NCBI GenBank assembly: GCA_963662405.2
Contig: CAXXKT010000001.1
Location: 64,001-128,000 of the forward strand
Reading direction: 5' to 3'
Source of the DNA: Syntrophales bacterium
Lineage (GTDB): Bacteria; Desulfobacterota; Syntrophia; Syntrophales; UBA2210
DNA: 64,000 bases
Of the stretch, positions 50,529 through 59,451 are shown in pieces. A model generated the notes under the pieces. The model saw nothing but the letters and a program-made list of their open reading frames with translations, had not been told where the DNA came from and made no database searches. How positions within the stretch are numbered: position 1 is the stretch's first letter; each line of letters begins with the position of its first letter. Made by a program: the position numbers and the translations under genes.

Positions 50529-50591
50529 GTAACCTCCAAATTAGACATTGGACAATCAAATATTTACACATGATTTCCAGCTCCTGATCTT

Positions 50592-51356
50592 TTACCTGTC
50601 TTCTTCGACTGGGATCACCAGGGGATGACCGTTGTGGTGATGAATCGCAACGGAAACGCCATAGACCGCCTCCACGGTCTCGGCTGCGATTGCTTCCGGT
50701 CGGCCGATATCGAAGATCCGTCCCTCCTTCAGAAACAGGTAGCTATCTGCAAATCGCAACGCCATGTTCAGGTTATGCATCGTCATTACCGCGGCGAGGC
50801 CGTGGTCCTGAACCGCATGCCTCAGCAGTCGAAGGATCTCAATCTGGTTTTTCAGATCGAGATTGCTCGTCGGTTCATCCAGGAGCAACAGTTTCGGTTC
50901 CTGTACCAAGGCCCGGCCGATGGCCACCTTCTGCAGCTCACCGCCGCTCATCTGATCGATATACCGCATGGACAGGCCCTGGAGGCCAAGGCTCTTGATC
51001 GCACCGTCTACGATACGAAGGTCCTCATCGGAAACCCGCCACCGGATATGAGGTCTTCGGCCCATGAGGATGGCATCGAAGGCGGTGAGCCGCCCCGCCG
51101 CCTGCTGCTGGGCCACATACCCCACCCGATGGGCAATCTGATGCGGGCTGAGGCCCAACACATCGTGGCCGTCCACCCAGACCGTTCCTTCGGCAGGCTT
51201 GAGAATGCTGTTGATGCATCGGAGCAGGGTCGTCTTTCCCACCCCGTTGGGGCCCAGGATAACCAGCAACTCTCCGGGGCTCACGGAAAATCGTACATCG
51301 TTGAGCACCTTCCGGCCGTTGTATCCGAAGCTGACGCCGTTGACCTGCAGGATCAC
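50592..51356 (-). CDS. ABC transporter ATPase (Fe-chelate/B12 family)
   Basis: GTG start overlapping the permease stop; GPNGVGKT, SGGELQ, LLDEPT. Confidence 0.9.
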   Translation of the reverse strand: MILQVNGVSFGYNGRKVLNDVRFSVSPGELLVILGPNGVGKTTLLRCINSILKPAEGTVWVDGHDVLGLSPHQIAHRVGYVAQQQAAGRLTAFDAILMGRRPHIRWRVSDEDLRIVDGAIKSLGLQGLSMRYIDQMSGGELQKVAIGRALVQEPKLLLLDEPTSNLDLKNQIEILRLLRHAVQDHGLAAVMTMHNLNMALRFADSYLFLKEGRIFDIGRPEAIAAETVEAVYGVSVAIHHHNGHPLVIPVEEDR

Positions 51357-52423
51357 CGTTGATACCCCCGTATGAGCAGATAGATAAAGGCCGGCGCCCC
51401 CATGAATGCCGTCAGGATCGACACCGGGAGGAGATGAGGCGCGAGGATCAACCGCGCAACCGTGTCGGACACAAGCAGGAGCAATCCACCAACGATGACC
51501 GTGGCCGGGAGCAAAAACCGGTGGTCTCCCCCGATGACCCGTCGGACCATGTGGGGACAAACCAGACCGACAAAACCGATGATCCCCAGGAACGCCACGA
51601 TAACCGCCGTGACCAGAGAGGCAACCAGCATTCCCAAGAGCCGCACCCGCTCCACCCGCACACCGAGTCCCTGGGCCGTCTCGTCCCCGGCATCGACGGC
51701 ATTGTAATTCCAGCTGTTGAAAAAGAAATACACCACCGCCAAAACCGTCACGCCGCTGAACAGGGCCAGTTCGGACCAACTCGCCCGGCCGACGTCGCCG
51801 AAGGTCCAGAAGACCATGGCGGCGAGTTGTGCGTCGTCGGCAAAGAACTGCAGAAACATCGTCCCGGCGGTAAAGAGGGCACCCAATGCAACACCGGTCA
51901 GAATCATGGTCTCCGGGGAAGCCCCCCGAAGCCGGGAAATGGCGATGATCACCGCCGCTGCCGCCAGGCAGAAAGTAAAGGCCGTCACCGTGGTCAGAAT
52001 CGGCCGTGATATGGTGACCGCCCCCACCTGGGTGCTGGCCATAACTCCCGTATGGAAGACCATGACCGCCAGGGCGGCGCCAAAGGCCGCGGCTTGGGAA
52101 ATCCCCAGCGTGAAAGGAGACCCGAGGGGGTTGCGTAGAATCGACTGCATCACCGCACCGGATACGGCCAGGCCGGCACCGGCGACCACGGCCGACAGGG
52201 CCTGGGGAAGCCGGATGTTCCATATGATTATGTCATACCGTCTGTCAGAACCGACGCCGATCAAGGACCGAATGACATCCTCCAACGGGATGCCGGCAGC
52301 TCCCTGGGCAATACCCACCAAGAGAGCTACCCCCAGAAGAAAAAGGCAGCCTCCGATAAATAAGCATTTGCGCTCGATGTAGCGGGTATAATGAGCAGGA
52401 ATCTCCCCCTGGGCAAAATGCAT
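51353..52423 (-). CDS. FecCD/BtuC-family ABC permease
   Basis: IRLPQ, LRNPLGSPFTLGIS, GIIGFVGLVCPH. Confidence 0.92.
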   Translation of the reverse strand: MHFAQGEIPAHYTRYIERKCLFIGGCLFLLGVALLVGIAQGAAGIPLEDVIRSLIGVGSDRRYDIIIWNIRLPQALSAVVAGAGLAVSGAVMQSILRNPLGSPFTLGISQAAAFGAALAVMVFHTGVMASTQVGAVTISRPILTTVTAFTFCLAAAAVIIAISRLRGASPETMILTGVALGALFTAGTMFLQFFADDAQLAAMVFWTFGDVGRASWSELALFSGVTVLAVVYFFFNSWNYNAVDAGDETAQGLGVRVERVRLLGMLVASLVTAVIVAFLGIIGFVGLVCPHMVRRVIGGDHRFLLPATVIVGGLLLLVSDTVARLILAPHLLPVSILTAFMGAPAFIYLLIRGYQR

Positions 52424-52435
52424 CGCATCTCCCCG

Positions 52436-53584
52436 CTAATCGATCGGGATCGGCTGAAACGCCAAATCGTCGAAAGACCGGCTCATCTCGGCAAAAACCG
52501 GCGTTCCCACCAGGAAGGCGTAGATCTCGTCAGCGGTTTCCTGTGGGTCGATATCGGTGAACGATTCCGGGTAGAGCTGTGTTCCAATGAAATAGGCATT
52601 GGCCAGGATGGACCCGAAATTGCGGGTATACCAGTTGTATGGAAGCAGGCCGTACACCTTGCCCGCGCGAACGGCGCTCAGGGTCCGGTAGGCTGGATCG
52701 GTTCTCAGTTCAAAGAGTCCGCCCGCGGCATCCCCCATCTGCAGCGTGGAAAGATCAAGGAACAGGATATCCGGGTCCCACTGAACTATCTTTTCCTTGG
52801 CCACGTTACTCTGTCTGATTGTCTTTCCGGACGGCAGACCCGTGGCGGCCACATTTTTCGCACCGACAAAGGCAAAAGGCGGGTATCCCGGCTCGGTGGA
52901 TTGGAAACCGTGGGGACCTTTAAAGGCGATCCCCCCCACAAAACAAGTCGGTCTCTTTTCGGGGGGAACTCGATCGGTCCGGCGCTGAAGATCGCTGATC
53001 TTCCTCTCGAAAAAGGAGATGACCTCTTCGGCTCGCTCCCGGCGATTGATAACCTCGCCGATAAGCCGAAGTGAATCGTACAGGACATTTCGGTTCCCCG
53101 CCAGCTCGCCGTAGGGGATGATCACCACCGGTATCCCGGTCTTCTCCTGCAGCTCGACCGGGTCGTAACCCATCCCCGGGTACGTCTTCAGGATAACCTG
53201 GGGGAGGGGATTGAGGGACAGGATCAACTCAGGATGATCGTACCCTCGGAATTCACCAAATATGGGATACGATTTGAACTGCGGGTGTGCCAGCGCATAG
53301 GGCCGGGCATCGAAGGTCGGTCTTCGCTTTTCCATGTCGTCCACTGCGACGATCCTGTCTTCGGCCTGGAGATACGTTAACAACCTCAGGGAACCGGGCC
53401 CCGAACAGATCACCCGCTCGACCACCGCAGGGATCTGTACATCTCTCCCGGCACCGTCGGTGACGGTCCGGTCGGCCGCGCCACAATCAACGGTAAGGAT
53501 CAGCAGCAAAAACCCGGCCAGGAAACAGCGCATCAAATGTAACATTTTTAACGTCTCCTCCTCACGTGGTGGAAATTCGCTCAT
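52436..53584 (-). CDS. BtuF/FhuD-type periplasmic binding protein
   Basis: Signal peptide; VTDGAGRDVQIP, PELILSL.P, EKIVQWDPD; start uncertain. Confidence 0.88.
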   Translation of the reverse strand: MSEFPPREEETLKMLHLMRCFLAGFLLLILTVDCGAADRTVTDGAGRDVQIPAVVERVICSGPGSLRLLTYLQAEDRIVAVDDMEKRRPTFDARPYALAHPQFKSYPIFGEFRGYDHPELILSLNPLPQVILKTYPGMGYDPVELQEKTGIPVVIIPYGELAGNRNVLYDSLRLIGEVINRRERAEEVISFFERKISDLQRRTDRVPPEKRPTCFVGGIAFKGPHGFQSTEPGYPPFAFVGAKNVAATGLPSGKTIRQSNVAKEKIVQWDPDILFLDLSTLQMGDAAGGLFELRTDPAYRTLSAVRAGKVYGLLPYNWYTRNFGSILANAYFIGTQLYPESFTDIDPQETADEIYAFLVGTPVFAEMSRSFDDLAFQPIPID

Positions 53585-53615
53585 TTATCGCAGGACAATC
53601 AGCTCAACACACAAA

Positions 53616-53642
53616 TTGTTACATTTGTTGTAATCGTGTTAC
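53616..53642. promoter_or_regulatory. Candidate NikR operator at the ABC/FmdE promoter
   Basis: TTGTTAC-N13-GTGTTAC (minus strand GTAACAC-N13-GTAACAA), next to a minus-strand TTGACC at 53648-53653. Confidence 0.65.
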
Positions 53643-53662
53643 TCAATGGTCAAAAAAATATA

Positions 53663-54079
53663 TTATTCGATTTCTTTTCCCGTGCTTGACATGTTCAGGG
53701 TTTCATGCCTGACACCCTTGACGGATTTCAGGGTATCCGACAATCTTTGGACATCTCCGGCCCTCCCCCGCACGGCAATGATCTCACAGCAATTATCGTG
53801 ATCCAGGTGGATGTGCTGGGTGGAAATGATGGTGTTGAGGAAATCATGCTGAATGTCGTTGATCCGGTTCAGGACCGCCCGTTGGTGATGGTCATAAATA
53901 ATCGTGACGGCTCCGACCACTTCCTGATCTCCCGCCCATTCCTCCTTGACCAGTTCCTGGCGGATCAGATCGCGCAAAGCCTCGGAACGATTGGTATATT
54001 GTCTCGTTCTGATCAGGCGGTCAAACCTCTCCAGAAGCACTTTATCCAGCGAAACACCAAATCTCACAAGGTCTGACAT
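53663..54079 (-). CDS. nikR: Nickel-responsive regulator NikR
   Basis: MSDLVRFGVSL..YTNRSEALRDLIR; YDHH, IQH, HIHLDHDNC. Confidence 0.95.
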   Translation of the reverse strand: MSDLVRFGVSLDKVLLERFDRLIRTRQYTNRSEALRDLIRQELVKEEWAGDQEVVGAVTIIYDHHQRAVLNRINDIQHDFLNTIISTQHIHLDHDNCCEIIAVRGRAGDVQRLSDTLKSVKGVRHETLNMSSTGKEIE

Positions 54080-54090
54080 GAAAGATACCC

Positions 54091-54117
54091 GTAACACATT
54101 TTCAGCGGTTGTAGCAT
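54091..54117. promoter_or_regulatory. Candidate NikR autoregulatory operator
   Basis: GTAACAC-N13-GTAGCAT 12 bp upstream of the nikR start. Confidence 0.65.
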
Positions 54118-54253
54118 AAGGGGACAAGGTTTTCAACCTTTTGTGAGCCACCCCGCACCGGACCTCACGGAAAGAACACGTTCTGCCGGAAAAGAAGTTG
54201 ACAACAAAAGATTCAAATGACATGTATGACCTGAAAAATAACAGGGGTATGCA

Positions 54254-55147
54254 ATGAAGATCGGAAGTCTGTTTGACGGGCGCAAGACCATCCTCTCCTT
54301 CGAAGTCTTTCCCCCCTCCCGGGACGGGGATGTGGAGGAGTTGTACCGCGCAATCGGGGAGCTCGTGGAGCTGAAACCCGACTTTATCTCCGTCACTTAC
54401 GGAGCTGGCGGGGGCAACAGGGAAAAGGTCGTTGAGATCGCCTCCACCATCCGTAAGGAGTTCGACCGAGAGGCCCTCGCACACCTGACGTGCGTCCAGG
54501 CGACCAAAGACGACATACGGGACCAGTTGAGAAGATTGCAGGAGGCAGGGATCGAGAATATCCTTGCACTGCGAGGTGATCCGCCGAAGGGTGAGGATCG
54601 CTTCGTCAGGACAGAGGGGGGCTTCGGATACGCCAACGAATTGGTGGAGTTTATCAGGAAAGAAAACGATTTTTCCATCGGCGTCGCGGGCTATCCCGAG
54701 GTACACCCGGAGGCCCCGGATATGGAACACGACCTGACCAATCTCAAGAAAAAGGTCGACGCGGGGGCGGACTTCATCATCACCCAGATGTTCTTCGATA
54801 ACGACTTTTTTTACCGTTTCCGGGACAACGCCGTAGCGGCAGGGGTGCACGCCCCGATTATCCCGGCCATCTTCCCGATCTTTAACTACCGGCAAATATC
54901 GCGGATCGCCGCGCTCTGCGGCGCGAAGATTCCATCGCGGCTGCACGACAAGCTGTCGCGCGTAAGCGAAAAAAACGAAGAGGTGGAGAAGTACGGCATT
55001 GAGCACGCCATCCGCCAGACCGAAGGCCTTCTGGAACACGGGGTGGCGGGGATACACTTCTACAGCATGAACCGAAGCAGACACGTGATACAAATAATTC
55101 GTGAACTCCCCCAGAAATCATTTGAAAATAATTCCGGATTGGAATAG
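54254..55147 (+). CDS. metF: Methylenetetrahydrofolate reductase
   Basis: SFEVFPP, SVTYGAGG, AHLTC, LALRGD, AGYPE.HPE, ITQMFFD. Confidence 0.95.
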   Translation: MKIGSLFDGRKTILSFEVFPPSRDGDVEELYRAIGELVELKPDFISVTYGAGGGNREKVVEIASTIRKEFDREALAHLTCVQATKDDIRDQLRRLQEAGIENILALRGDPPKGEDRFVRTEGGFGYANELVEFIRKENDFSIGVAGYPEVHPEAPDMEHDLTNLKKKVDAGADFIITQMFFDNDFFYRFRDNAVAAGVHAPIIPAIFPIFNYRQISRIAALCGAKIPSRLHDKLSRVSEKNEEVEKYGIEHAIRQTEGLLEHGVAGIHFYSMNRSRHVIQIIRELPQKSFENNSGLE

Positions 55148-55190
55148 TGTTCGGTCTTCCCGGTGTGAAACCGATTCCGGACAGAGATAT

Positions 55191-55267
<77 letters not shown>

Positions 55268-55276
55268 TTAAAATTA

Positions 55277-55309
55277 AGGGGTTAGCTACCATTGCTAGCC
55301 TCTTTTTTT
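55277..55309 (+). terminator. Terminator-like hairpin after the tRNA
   Basis: AGGGGTTAGC-TACCATT-GCTAGCCTCT followed by a T run. Confidence 0.55.
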
Positions 55310-56376
55310 ATGGTGAAATCGTGGACTGTGCCCGAAACTGTGCCCGTTTGGGTTTCCAGATAGGCCGCTTGCCTTTGTGAAGCCACAATCAAATCATCTT
55401 CGCTTACAATGTTATACCGTTCAAATATCGTTCGTGTCTTGTGCCCTGATATCATCATTGCCACCCGCTCCGGGATACCAGCCCGTACCATGTTTCTTAT
55501 GGCCGTGCGTCTGAAATCGTGAAACAATCTTGTTCCGATTTTTGCATCCTTGCAAGCGCTCTTCCAGGCCTTTCTTATATCGGTTATCTTTCCGCTCTTG
55601 TCACGGTTGGGGAAAACATAGGGCAAGATTGCTTCGCTCTTCTTCCTGTCTTCCTGTAGTTGCTTGAAAATCTCTTTCAATTCCGCGTCAAGATAGAAAA
55701 TCCGCGATTCATCGTTTTTCGTTTCCCCGGCATTCAGTCTTACAATCCCACCGTTCAAATCGACACGATCCCAAGTGAGACTGAAAATCTCTTCTTTTCT
55801 CCATCCTGATTTATAGGCGAACGTGACAAGTCCCTTTAGATATTCCGGCAATTGATCTTTCAAAGCCAGAAAGTCCCCGTGCTCAAAAAACCCTTGCCGC
55901 ACGTTGTTTTCTTTCAGCATAGGGATATATGGGACCCGGTCAACCTTGGGAGGGGTTTGCTTTGCCCCCAAGTTTAGCATACGTTTTAACGCTTTTAGTT
56001 CGTTGTTAATCGTTGCATTAGCCGCTTTATCTGCAAGGCGCTCTTCAATATATGCTTTGATCCTGGGTGTGGTTATCTGAGTAATCCGGACTCCTTCAAA
56101 GTGCTTCTTCAGGTGTTCAATGCTTATCTCTGCGCGCACAATAGACTTTCTATTGTTAATGCGATAATCGGTAAGCATTTCCTCTGCCAGCTCATCAAAT
56201 CGCACCTTGTCAAAGTACACCCCCGGAAGCTTCCCCTCTGAGATTTCACCTTCACGCTTTCTCAATAGCCTTTTCGCGTCCGCTTCTTTGTTGCTCCGGG
56301 TAGATTCACGGTAAGGCTTTCCGTTTCGATAGTACTTAATCCAGTAAACGTTTCCCCGTGTGTAAATCATTCCCAT
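55282..56376 (-). CDS. Phage-type tyrosine integrase
   Basis: SGWRKEE (R), TKN (K), FHDFRR, SGHKT, ERYN (Y); N-terminal arm-binding-like YWIKYY. Confidence 0.93.
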   Translation of the reverse strand: MGMIYTRGNVYWIKYYRNGKPYRESTRSNKEADAKRLLRKREGEISEGKLPGVYFDKVRFDELAEEMLTDYRINNRKSIVRAEISIEHLKKHFEGVRITQITTPRIKAYIEERLADKAANATINNELKALKRMLNLGAKQTPPKVDRVPYIPMLKENNVRQGFFEHGDFLALKDQLPEYLKGLVTFAYKSGWRKEEIFSLTWDRVDLNGGIVRLNAGETKNDESRIFYLDAELKEIFKQLQEDRKKSEAILPYVFPNRDKSGKITDIRKAWKSACKDAKIGTRLFHDFRRTAIRNMVRAGIPERVAMMISGHKTRTIFERYNIVSEDDLIVASQRQAAYLETQTGTVSGTVHDFTIKKEASNGS

Positions 56377-56604
56377 GGCCTCATCTCTCCTTTCTCAAAA
56401 ACAAAACCCCCTGAAGACTTCTCACGGCCATAGGGGACCGCCCGGAGCGTCACCACTTCGGGAATTTTCAGGGGGTTTCTTGGTGTTTGCTGTTTCATGA
56501 CCCTATGGTTTGAGATATAAGTTGTATTGGTTATATAACCAGCATAAGGTATTGTCAAGATGTTTTTTATTGCATGTTCATACTATCTCGGCTATACGTT
56601 TCAC

Positions 56605-56778
56605 ATGGCTACCGACAAACCGAAAGTCATTCTTGTCATGGAAGATGATCTCATCACCCGAATTGATGATTTCCGCTATGAGAACCGCATCCCTTCACGT
56701 GCCGAAGCCATCCGGCGGCTCATTACAGAATCTCTTGAAAGGTACCAAGGGCAACCTCAAAAGAAGTCAACCGAATAA
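56605..56778 (+). CDS. Small ribbon-helix-helix (CopG-like) regulator
   Basis: MATDKPKVILVMEDDLITRIDDFRYENRIPSRAEAIRRLI. Confidence 0.75.
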   Translation: MATDKPKVILVMEDDLITRIDDFRYENRIPSRAEAIRRLITESLERYQGQPQKKSTE

Positions 56779-56811
56779 AGACACCGCGTAGTGAAGTAAA
56801 CAGGAAAGAAG

Positions 56812-57648
56812 GTGACGATTGTGAAAAATCATAGTCTCCATAGTTTTTGTTGTCTTCTTACGTTTGCTCTCATCTTGGCTTTTTCGCCTAGTATCGGTGC
56901 TACTGATTACCCTGAGATTCATTGCAAGCATTTCATTTACGGTTACCCAACTGGCGCACCACTGAGCAATGACCTCATTATTCGTGATATCTACGCACTG
57001 TCGTCAAATGATGTGACCAAAATGGCGGACTGGGTCTGTTATCGTCTCGATAAAGAAACCGTCACCGGAGACGTGGGAACTTCCCGGAAGTGGAAGGCTG
57101 ATCCGTGGTTGGATGGGGGGGAGACGCTGGAGCCTCTGGATTATACCGGGGCACATGCTACCCTGCATGTAGACAGGGGGCATCAGGCTCCTTTGGCAAG
57201 CTTCAAAGGGACACCGCATTGGGCTGATACGAACATGCTTTCAAATATAACCCCTCAAAAGGCAAACCTCAACCAAGGGCCCTGGAAGAAGCTTGAAGAA
57301 AAAGTGCGTGACCTCGCGCGGGCTGGCAATGTCGTTTATGTGATGACGGGGCCGCTATACGAGCGAGAGATGACACCCCTACCCGGAGCGGATGAAAGCC
57401 ACAAGGTTCCGTCCGGCTACTGGAAGATTATCGTGATACAACCAGGAGAAGATATAGATTCCATCAAGACGGCGAGTTTCATTTTTGACCAAGAGACACC
57501 GAGAAATGATCCAGTAATCGATCATCTCTCTAAGATAAATGCCATTGAGACAAAGTCAGGGCTTGAATTTCTAAGAGCCCTTCCCGACGATAAGGAAGAA
57601 GAGATTGAAGGGTTGCTAAATAAAGATTGGGCCGAATCACGTTTTTGA
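56812..57648 (+). CDS. Secreted DNA/RNA non-specific endonuclease (NucA/EndoG family)
   Basis: Signal peptide; DRGHQAP, SNITPQ..LNQGPW..LE, VPSGYWK. Confidence 0.9.
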   Translation: MTIVKNHSLHSFCCLLTFALILAFSPSIGATDYPEIHCKHFIYGYPTGAPLSNDLIIRDIYALSSNDVTKMADWVCYRLDKETVTGDVGTSRKWKADPWLDGGETLEPLDYTGAHATLHVDRGHQAPLASFKGTPHWADTNMLSNITPQKANLNQGPWKKLEEKVRDLARAGNVVYVMTGPLYEREMTPLPGADESHKVPSGYWKIIVIQPGEDIDSIKTASFIFDQETPRNDPVIDHLSKINAIETKSGLEFLRALPDDKEEEIEGLLNKDWAESRF

Positions 57649-57804
57649 TGATCTGTTCACTACCAGTTAAACAGTCGGAAGCCCCAGGCTGAGGGGGGAA
57701 ACCCTGGAGTCCGGGGCTTCGTCAGAGGAATCGGGTCTAAGACGTATCAGGCAAACGACCCGATCAAATTTTACTCCTCTCACCCACGAAATCAAGGATT
57801 TTCT

Positions 57805-58041
57805 ATGCCCGATAAAACAGCCCATATGCTGCAGAAGACCTTGGGCGTCCTAGGCAAGCTGCAAAGCATGAAAGGTGAAGATTTCACGGAAGGAATGAAA
57901 GAGTATCTTCAGCTTGTGGATGAGTTCTATCAAGAGAACGAACATCTCATGGCTCGCCAACAATATAAAGCTGCACAAACAGATCCCGAGTACTTCTTGA
58001 GGCTCCTGGTATTAGCAGAGGCTATCCACAAGGATGAGTGA
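57805..58041 (+). CDS. Hypothetical protein (78 aa)
   Basis: ATG with upstream AAGGA; helical composition; no recognised motif. Confidence 0.5.
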   Translation: MPDKTAHMLQKTLGVLGKLQSMKGEDFTEGMKEYLQLVDEFYQENEHLMARQQYKAAQTDPEYFLRLLVLAEAIHKDE

Positions 58042-58263
58042 AAACGAAGATTGGTCCCTTCACCTACTACTCCTCAAAATAATTTCAGGAAAAAATTGAG
58101 TATTACTTATTGAAATCTTCAGCTTATATACTTCTTGACATAATATTTCGACGGAGCTAAACACATCGTACGTTCTTGGGTATATTAATTGTTAGCCATT
58201 CCCTTGTAAAATATGTATAAAACCAACAGCGGAAGATAGGCGAAACTGAGAGGAAACGCCACT

Positions 58264-59451
58264 ATGCCAAAGCAAGCTAATCAACTTCACAATCAAAACG
58301 AAGAGAAAGAAAAACGGGCGGCAGAGTTAGTCCTTGCCAACCAAGAGCTTGCCCATCAAAATAAATTGAAAGAAAAACGGGCAGCAGAGTTAGTCCTTGC
58401 CAATAAAGAGCTTGCCCATCAAAACGAAGAGAAAGAAAAACGAGCGGCAGAGTTAGTCCTTGCCAACGAAGAACTTTTCTACCAAAACGAAGAGAAAGAA
58501 AAACGGGCGGCAGAGTTAGTCCTTGCCAATAAAGCGCTTGCCCATCAAAACGAAGAGAAAGAAAAACGGGCGGCAGAGTTAGTCCTTGCCAACCAAGAGC
58601 TTGCCCATCAAAATAAATTGAAAGAAAAACGGGCAGCAGAGTTAGTCCTTGCCAATAAAGAGCTTGCCCATCAAAACGAAGAGAAAGAAAAACGAGCGGC
58701 AGAGTTAGTCCTTGCCAACGAAGAACTTTTCTACCAAAACGAAGAGAAAGAAAAACGGGCGGCAGAGTTAGTCCTTGCCAACCAAGAGCTTGCCCATCAA
58801 AATAAATTGAAAGAAAAACGGGCAATCGAACTCTCCAGCCTTTTGGGTGAATTAAAACACGCCAACGCACAACTGTTTGCGGCTTATGAATCCACCATTG
58901 AAGGCTGGTCACATGCGCTGGATTTGCGCGACAAAGAAACCGAAGGTCACACCCAACGCGTGACTGAAATGACATTGAAACTTGCACGCGTGGCGGGAGT
59001 TACCGAAGAAGAGTTGGTACACGTGCGGCGCGGAGCGCTTTTGCATGACATCGGCAAGATGGGAGTACCTGACCACATTCTTCTTAAGCCAGACAAACTG
59101 ACAGATGAAGAATGGGTTGTCATGCGTAAGCATCCCACTTTTGCCTATGAACTACTTTTGCCAATCGCTTATTTACGTAATGCGCTTGATATTCCTTATT
59201 GTCATCACGAAAAATGGGACGGGAGCGGTTATCCACGCAGGTTGAAAGGCGAGCAAATTCCATTTTCGGCGCGTCTCTTTGCGATAATAGATGTGTGGGA
59301 CGCTCTCCGCTCTTATCGTCCGTATCGACAAAGGTGGACAAAGGAGAAAGTAATTGAACATATCAAATCGCTTTCTGGAACGCACTTTGAGCCGAAGGTA
59401 GTGGAATTGTTTTTGAATATGGTGAATGAAGATGAAAAAAACACGGGCTAA
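58264..59451 (+). CDS. HD-GYP cyclic-dinucleotide phosphodiesterase with N-terminal 21-aa coiled-coil repeats
   Basis: LLHDIGK, HHEKWDGSGYP, DVWDAL..RPY. Confidence 0.92.
   Translation: MPKQANQLHNQNEEKEKRAAELVLANQELAHQNKLKEKRAAELVLANKELAHQNEEKEKRAAELVLANEELFYQNEEKEKRAAELVLANKALAHQNEEKEKRAAELVLANQELAHQNKLKEKRAAELVLANKELAHQNEEKEKRAAELVLANEELFYQNEEKEKRAAELVLANQELAHQNKLKEKRAIELSSLLGELKHANAQLFAAYESTIEGWSHALDLRDKETEGHTQRVTEMTLKLARVAGVTEEELVHVRRGALLHDIGKMGVPDHILLKPDKLTDEEWVVMRKHPTFAYELLLPIAYLRNALDIPYCHHEKWDGSGYPRRLKGEQIPFSARLFAIIDVWDALRSYRPYRQRWTKEKVIEHIKSLSGTHFEPKVVELFLNMVNEDEKNTG
58291..58824 (+). repeat. About 8.5 tandem 63-bp coding repeats (xQNEEKEKRAAELVLANxELA)
   Basis: Directly visible; unit variants recur with a 4-unit (252-bp) period. 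Confidence 0.95.

Noticed and set aside
51357..52223. N-terminal extension of the ABC ATPase (543-aa ORF)
   Set aside because: Alternative frame inside the permease; the true start is the GTG at 51356.
53585..54253. Cobalamin riboswitch before the ABC operon or SAM riboswitch before metF
   Set aside because: The leaders are short (about 78 and 174 bp) and lack recognisable conserved boxes.
54080..55093. 476-aa ORF implying a NikR fusion
   Set aside because: The extension is the antisense shadow of metF; NikR starts at 54079.
55282..56376. Integrase as integron integrase IntI
   Set aside because: No recognisable IntI-specific insertion before the HxxR motif; phage-type N-terminus and tRNA-adjacent position.
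57640..57680. attC after the nuclease gene (second cassette)
   Set aside because: No RYYYAAC...GTT palindrome or matching upstream core site was seen.
58291..58824. Regular repeats as a CRISPR array
   Set aside because: Units are contiguous 63-mers without unique spacers, keep one reading frame, and no cas genes are present.
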